A stretch of 64,000 bases of DNA, taken from Promethearchaeota archaeon (lineage in GTDB: Archaea > Asgardarchaeota > Lokiarchaeia > Sigyniarchaeales > SOKP01). The stretch lies in contig JAHPZE010000004.1 of the NCBI GenBank assembly GCA_019058365.1, positions 64,001 to 128,000 on the forward strand. The letters run 5' to 3'. The notes beneath the pieces were generated by a model, which was given only the letters and a program-made list of their open reading frames with translations, searched no databases and was not told the DNA's origin. Within the stretch, counting starts at the first letter, position 1. Each line of letters opens with the position of its first letter. Shown here piece after piece: positions 59,193 to 64,000 of the stretch. Both the position numbers and the translations under genes were made by a program.

Positions 59193-60875
59193 TTAACTAC
59201 CTCCAAATGCATATATTTCAGATAATATTTGCTCATCTGTAAAATGCCTTATTATTATAGCGTGATTAGTACAAGTCGCTCCGCAAACACCACATCCCTT
59301 GCAAAGAACTTGAGTTATTTCAATCTCGTCATCTTCATTCTTACTTATAGCTTTATATGGACATACTGTTATACAGACTTCACATCCAGTACATAAATTC
59401 TTATTATATTCAGGTAGAAACGATGTTGCACCCTCTACTTCTATAGTATCGTGAGATATAATTGTACTTGCCCTTGCTGCTGCCGCATAACCTTGAGTTA
59501 TGGATTCTGTAATATCTACTGGCCATTTTGCTGCTCCACATAAAAAAATTCCATCTGTAGCGAAATCCATAGGGCGAAGTTTCACATGAGCTTCTAAAAA
59601 GAATTTATTCTCTTCTAATGGAACTTTTAGCATTTGAGCTAATTCTTTATTATCATCATTGGCGATTAATGGTGTTGATAAAACAAGGAGATCATAAGGA
59701 ATACTCATTTCATCTCCTATATATTCATTAAATACTTTAATTACATCCTCTTCTACAATTGGTTCTTTTTCGAGTTTGTAGCTAATAAAGACTACTCCTG
59801 CTTCCCTTGCTCTTCTATAATATTCTTCATAATATGTTCCAGGAGTATATAAATCTCTAAACAATATTGTTATATTCGCTGAGGGATTTTTTTCTTTTAT
59901 GATTAAGGAATTCTTTAAAGCAGTCATACAACATACATTTGAACAGTAACCTCTCTCTTCATTACGAGCTCCTACACATTGTATCATTACAATATTCTGA
60001 GCATTTACATCAATATTTCTTAATTTGCTTTCTAATTCATATTGAGTAATTCTTATTTTACCATCATAACCAAATTTTCCAATGGGGGTTAGTAGAGAGG
60101 CACCAACAGCAACTATAATAATACCTATAGTCAAATCAGTACTTTTGCCATTTTGCTCAACTTCAATCTCATAATTACCTACAAAGCCTTCAATATTCTT
60201 TACTTTTGCTGAAGTATAAACAGTTAAATTAGGATTACTTTCAATCCTTTTCTTTAAGCTTTCTAGAAGTTCAGAGGCATCTTGATTTGTAGGGAATAAC
60301 TTATTAATGATATTCAACTTGCCACCTAATTCATTTGCTTTTTCTACTAAATGCGTTTCAAATCCCTGATTTGCTAAACTAAGAGCGGCAGTCATTCCTG
60401 AAACACCTCCACCAATCACTAGTGCGGTAGATGTTGCTTTCACTGTAATGTTTTCTAGTGCTTCAAGTTTCGATGCTTTTGCTACACCCATACGAATTAC
60501 GTCTTTAGCTTTTTCAAATGCTTCTACTGGATATTTCTGGTGAACCCACGTGTCTTGATCACGAATATTGACGAACTCAAATAAATACTCATTGACCCCT
60601 TCTTCTTTGATGCAATCACGGAATAGAGGTTCATGAGTCCTCGGAGTGCATGAAGCGACAACAACTCGATTCAGATTATGTTCTTTAATCCCCTTTTTTA
60701 TCTGAGCTAATCCTGTTTCTGAACACGTATATAAATTATCTTCAGTAAATACAACATTGGGTAAAGATTTAGCATATTTTGCTACTTCTTTAACATCTAT
60801 AAGACCTCCGATGTTTGAGCCACATGAACAAACAAAAACTCCGATTCGGACTTCATCCTTTTCTTTTTCAGCCAT
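59193..60875 (-). CDS. hdrA: HdrA-family subunit (second module)
   Basis: RIGVFVCSCG, CTPRTHE, GGGVSG, QCVGAR...CSNVCC, two ferredoxin motifs. Confidence 0.9.
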   Translation of the reverse strand: MAEKEKDEVRIGVFVCSCGSNIGGLIDVKEVAKYAKSLPNVVFTEDNLYTCSETGLAQIKKGIKEHNLNRVVVASCTPRTHEPLFRDCIKEEGVNEYLFEFVNIRDQDTWVHQKYPVEAFEKAKDVIRMGVAKASKLEALENITVKATSTALVIGGGVSGMTAALSLANQGFETHLVEKANELGGKLNIINKLFPTNQDASELLESLKKRIESNPNLTVYTSAKVKNIEGFVGNYEIEVEQNGKSTDLTIGIIIVAVGASLLTPIGKFGYDGKIRITQYELESKLRNIDVNAQNIVMIQCVGARNEERGYCSNVCCMTALKNSLIIKEKNPSANITILFRDLYTPGTYYEEYYRRAREAGVVFISYKLEKEPIVEEDVIKVFNEYIGDEMSIPYDLLVLSTPLIANDDNKELAQMLKVPLEENKFFLEAHVKLRPMDFATDGIFLCGAAKWPVDITESITQGYAAAARASTIISHDTIEVEGATSFLPEYNKNLCTGCEVCITVCPYKAISKNEDDEIEITQVLCKGCGVCGATCTNHAIIIRHFTDEQILSEIYAFGGS

Positions 60876-60876
60876 A

Positions 60877-62187
60877 CTATCTACAACCTCCTTTAATCAC
60901 TTCTGCTGCTCTTGCTGCTGTCCCACTTGCTTCAGCAACCGAGCGAGGTATATCCATTGGTTCACGAGCACAACCACATGTGAAAATACCTTCTACACTC
61001 GTTTCTACCGGAAAAAATGGATCAGTTTTTATAAAATTATATTTATTTAATTCAATTCCTAATACATCTGCTAATCTCTCAATCCCTTGTGAAGGAATAA
61101 TGCATGTTGCTAAAACTGCTAAATCTACTTTCATTTGTTTTATTTCTGATGTATTAAGATCTTCATAAGTAATAATAGGACTTTCATCCTCATCTACATC
61201 AATATGTGAAACTTTACTTTTAATATATTTGATATTATATTCATCCTCTCCTCTATGGAGAAAAGATTGAAACCCTTTCCCTCCCGCTCTCATATCAATA
61301 TAAAAAGCATATGATTCTAAATCATTATTATGTTCATAGGCTATCATTGCTGCTTTTGTACAATACATGCAGCATATAGAAGAACAGTACTTTTGATCTC
61401 TATCTGAACGTGAACCTATGCATTGTAGAAAAGCAATTTTTTTAGGGTCCACCCCATCAGATAATCTTCTTAAATGCCCTTCGAGTGGACCAGAAGCACA
61501 AATTAACCGTTCAAATTCTAAGGAAGTTACCACATTTCTATATTTCTTATAACCATAATTAGCAAGAGGATTGATATCTTCAAATAACCCATATCCTGGT
61601 GCGACAATTATACAACCAACATTATCAATTTCTAAAATTTCGTCTTTTTGTGTAAAATCAATTGCTTCTGCACCACAATTCGTAGCGCATAATCCACAAA
61701 TTCCATAATTTAGATATACGCATGAATTTTTATCAATAATATAAACAGGAGGAACTGCTGAAGGAAAAGGAATATACACAGCTGCCCTATTTTTCAAGTT
61801 TGCATCAAAATAATTTGGAACACCTCGCACAGGGCAAATTGTAGCACAATCTCCACAATTTGTACAAACATCTTCCTTTACATAACGGGCACGTTTAAGA
61901 ACTTCTACAGTAAAATCTCCACTTGTGCCCTCTATTTTTTGTACTTCTGAAAGAGTATAAAGACTAATATTAGGATGCCTATAACATTCTGATAATTTTG
62001 GTGCTAAAATACAAATTGAACAATCTAACGTGGGAAATGTCTTGTCTAATTGTGCCATTTTTCCTCCAATAACAGGACTTTTTTCTATTAAATGAACTTT
62101 TATTCCCATATCTCCTAAATCTAAAGCTGCTTGAATACCAGCAATACCTGCTCCAATAATAAGAGCACTTTTAGAATTTTTTTCCAA
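60877..62187 (-). CDS. hdrA: HdrA-family subunit (first module)
   Basis: GAGIAG, LDKTFPTLDCSICIL, QCIGSR...CSSICC, P.DIP. Confidence 0.9.
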   Translation of the reverse strand: MEKNSKSALIIGAGIAGIQAALDLGDMGIKVHLIEKSPVIGGKMAQLDKTFPTLDCSICILAPKLSECYRHPNISLYTLSEVQKIEGTSGDFTVEVLKRARYVKEDVCTNCGDCATICPVRGVPNYFDANLKNRAAVYIPFPSAVPPVYIIDKNSCVYLNYGICGLCATNCGAEAIDFTQKDEILEIDNVGCIIVAPGYGLFEDINPLANYGYKKYRNVVTSLEFERLICASGPLEGHLRRLSDGVDPKKIAFLQCIGSRSDRDQKYCSSICCMYCTKAAMIAYEHNNDLESYAFYIDMRAGGKGFQSFLHRGEDEYNIKYIKSKVSHIDVDEDESPIITYEDLNTSEIKQMKVDLAVLATCIIPSQGIERLADVLGIELNKYNFIKTDPFFPVETSVEGIFTCGCAREPMDIPRSVAEASGTAARAAEVIKGGCR

Positions 62188-62203
62188 TCATATCACCTTT
62201 TAT

Positions 62204-63307
62204 TTATTTCTTCACTTTTAGTGAAGTCATTTTTTTTAACCAATTGATTTTTTTAGGTCGCCATTCTGATATTTGATTTGCTGGAATAATATATCGCTCG
62301 ATATAACCTGTCGCAAGTAAAGAATCTATTAAACTACGTCCCTTCTCAGTTCGAGTAAGTATCATTGAATAACCAGTAGGAGCTCCAGAGGCTCCGATAC
62401 TAAGATCTGAAAATTTCCCTACAAATTCATCACATTCATGACAATGATTCCTTACAGCATCGTCAAGATCTTTAATATTTACTTCTTTAACAGAGTCGTC
62501 TTTTGATGTGACAAAAAAATTCTTCTTAATATTTGTTTTTTTTATCTCTGAAGGATTTATTTGTGATTTTGACTTAAGAGTATCCATTAATTTATCATAA
62601 TCAAAATTTTCAAAACAAAAAAGACCAATTACGATACTTATAACATGTGCAGGTTTAATATTCAAAAGCTTCATCTTACTAATAGCTCTACATTGGCATG
62701 GTGTACCAATAAAAGCAATTCGCAATTGATCGGCATCATAAATACGTTTCTTTTGGGAAATAATATCTTCTGCTATTTGAGTTAAATCTTTTAATGGTAA
62801 AATATTAGATGAAATCGAATATCGAGTTCCTGCTGATCTTACCAATTCATCTTTACTGTATATTATTTTAGGTATTGGTTTATAATTTTCATCATATTCA
62901 GATACAATTGCGGCATCAATGTTATTAGTATCAAACAAATATGTTAAAAGAGTTGATACAATGCCTCCATCTTGTCCAACTTTTTTGATCTGTTCATTAG
63001 TGGTTTTAGCAGCAAAAATATCAATTATATTTCCGATCTCATCTTTAACTAAGTGGATTTCTTTCAATCTATCTAATAAAGGTTCTGTTTGTGGACAAAT
63101 ATAATAGCAATACCCGCATTCTTTACAATTCTCAACACTTTTATCAGTTTTAAACTGGGGGGTATAATTTTTCATCTCAATTACATTGAATGCTTGGTTT
63201 TCACAATATGCTATACAAGCGCCACAAGCACAACATCTATTAACCGAGATTACATCATTTTCCAAATGTTTGAATGTTTTTATATCTGCTAATCCCATTT
63301 CTATCAA
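62204..63307 (-). CDS. FrhB/FdhB family F420-binding subunit
   Basis: CCACGAC, QDGG, SAGTRY, IGTPCQ, GLFC. Confidence 0.9.
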   Translation of the reverse strand: MIEMGLADIKTFKHLENDVISVNRCCACGACIAYCENQAFNVIEMKNYTPQFKTDKSVENCKECGYCYYICPQTEPLLDRLKEIHLVKDEIGNIIDIFAAKTTNEQIKKVGQDGGIVSTLLTYLFDTNNIDAAIVSEYDENYKPIPKIIYSKDELVRSAGTRYSISSNILPLKDLTQIAEDIISQKKRIYDADQLRIAFIGTPCQCRAISKMKLLNIKPAHVISIVIGLFCFENFDYDKLMDTLKSKSQINPSEIKKTNIKKNFFVTSKDDSVKEVNIKDLDDAVRNHCHECDEFVGKFSDLSIGASGAPTGYSMILTRTEKGRSLIDSLLATGYIERYIIPANQISEWRPKKINWLKKMTSLKVKK

Positions 63308-63354
63308 TTCCTATTTTTAAGTTTATAAATTAATATTATAGCTTTGCCTATATT

Positions 63355-63999
63355 TTAAAATCCTTCCAATAATTTTGTAGGTCGAACTCGATGAAAATTC
63401 AATCCTAATTCTTCAGGTTTGAACCCAAATGCGAGGGCTACTAATTCTGAGAGATAAAAAACAGGGAAATCATATGCATTTTCTTTTCCCTTACTCAGCT
63501 CTCGTTGATTAAAATCAAATTGTTGAAAACACGCAGGGCATACAAGACTAACACAATTCGCACCAGCTTCTTGAATTGATTTATATTTGTTATCTATCAT
63601 TTGTAGAGAAATTTCTTTATCTGATTTATCAAGAGGATTTCCACAACATTCCATTTTTAATTCATAATCTATGGAATCTGCTCCTAAAACTCTAACTATT
63701 TCATCAATAGTAATTGGCTCAAAAGGATCATCCCAATTAATAATCTCAGAAGGTCTTAAGTAATGACATCCATAATGAACCGCTACTTTAAATCCATTTA
63801 AAGGATGTACCACATTCTCTCTCACTTTATCAAGATTTTCATAAAGAACTTCGGCAAAATGTTTTACTTTTGTTTTTCCGTCATATTTTTTGCCAATATT
63901 TTTTAAGATTTTGTTTACTTCATTCTTTACTTCAGAATCTTTATTTATATGGTAATTAACTCCTTTAAGAGTTTCAACACATCCAGAACAAAAAGAGAT
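63355..63999 (-). CDS. hdrB: Heterodisulfide reductase subunit B (5' end beyond the window)
   Basis: Frame open to the window edge (ISFCSGC...); HYGCHYLRP, CCG, CPACFQQFD. Confidence 0.92.
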   Translation of the reverse strand: MSFCSGCVETLKGVNYHINKDSEVKNEVNKILKNIGKKYDGKTKVKHFAEVLYENLDKVRENVVHPLNGFKVAVHYGCHYLRPSEIINWDDPFEPITIDEIVRVLGADSIDYELKMECCGNPLDKSDKEISLQMIDNKYKSIQEAGANCVSLVCPACFQQFDFNQRELSKGKENAYDFPVFYLSELVALAFGFKPEELGLNFHRVRPTKLLEGF

Positions 64000-64000
64000 A

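Noticed and set aside
60870-60895. Frameshift splitting one HdrA gene
   Set aside because: The downstream ORF has its own GGAGGT and an ATG one base after the stop, typical of translational coupling
54921-62187. Selenocysteine recoding in HdrA/MvhD, known selenoprotein families in Lokiarchaeota
   Set aside because: The relevant positions are Cys (DCAMC, DCSIC, CNWC, GCH..DCH) and the frames have no internal TGA
2113-63292. Many short ORFs antisense to or overlapping long genes (e.g. 3690..4061, 13573..13755, 28804..29124, 48002..48373, 60815..61168)
   Set aside because: Shadow frames of well-supported genes, with no motifs

Overview
AT-rich archaeal chromosomal segment, almost certainly from an Asgard archaeon (Lokiarchaeia-like). 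It carries a bona fide lokiactin (47965..49110), a Rab-like small GTPase, a roadblock protein, large LRR proteins, and archaeal core genes (cdc48, fen1, nob1, eIF5A, srp54, hef, rpo6). 1-8 kb: informational genes. 8-23 kb: carbohydrate/small-molecule metabolism, including an FGGY kinase, SCP2 protein, SerA2-FucA fusion and a catalytically degenerate DapA-kinase fusion. 23-39 kb: purine and housekeeping genes plus a tRNA-Val(CAC) with a non-canonical intron. 39-48 kb: accessory region. 51-64 kb: a large Hdr/Mvh/Flx/FrhB electron-bifurcation operon. The most striking unexplained structure is a second, diverged copy of the last four codons (HRCF), stop codon and 3' tail of the actin gene, 6148 bp downstream of the gene. 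The two copies bracket a ~6 kb island of defence/immunity-like genes, the architecture expected of an element integrated into the 3' end of actin. No integrase, CRISPR array or rRNA was seen. All calls come from motif recognition by eye; no database searches were run.
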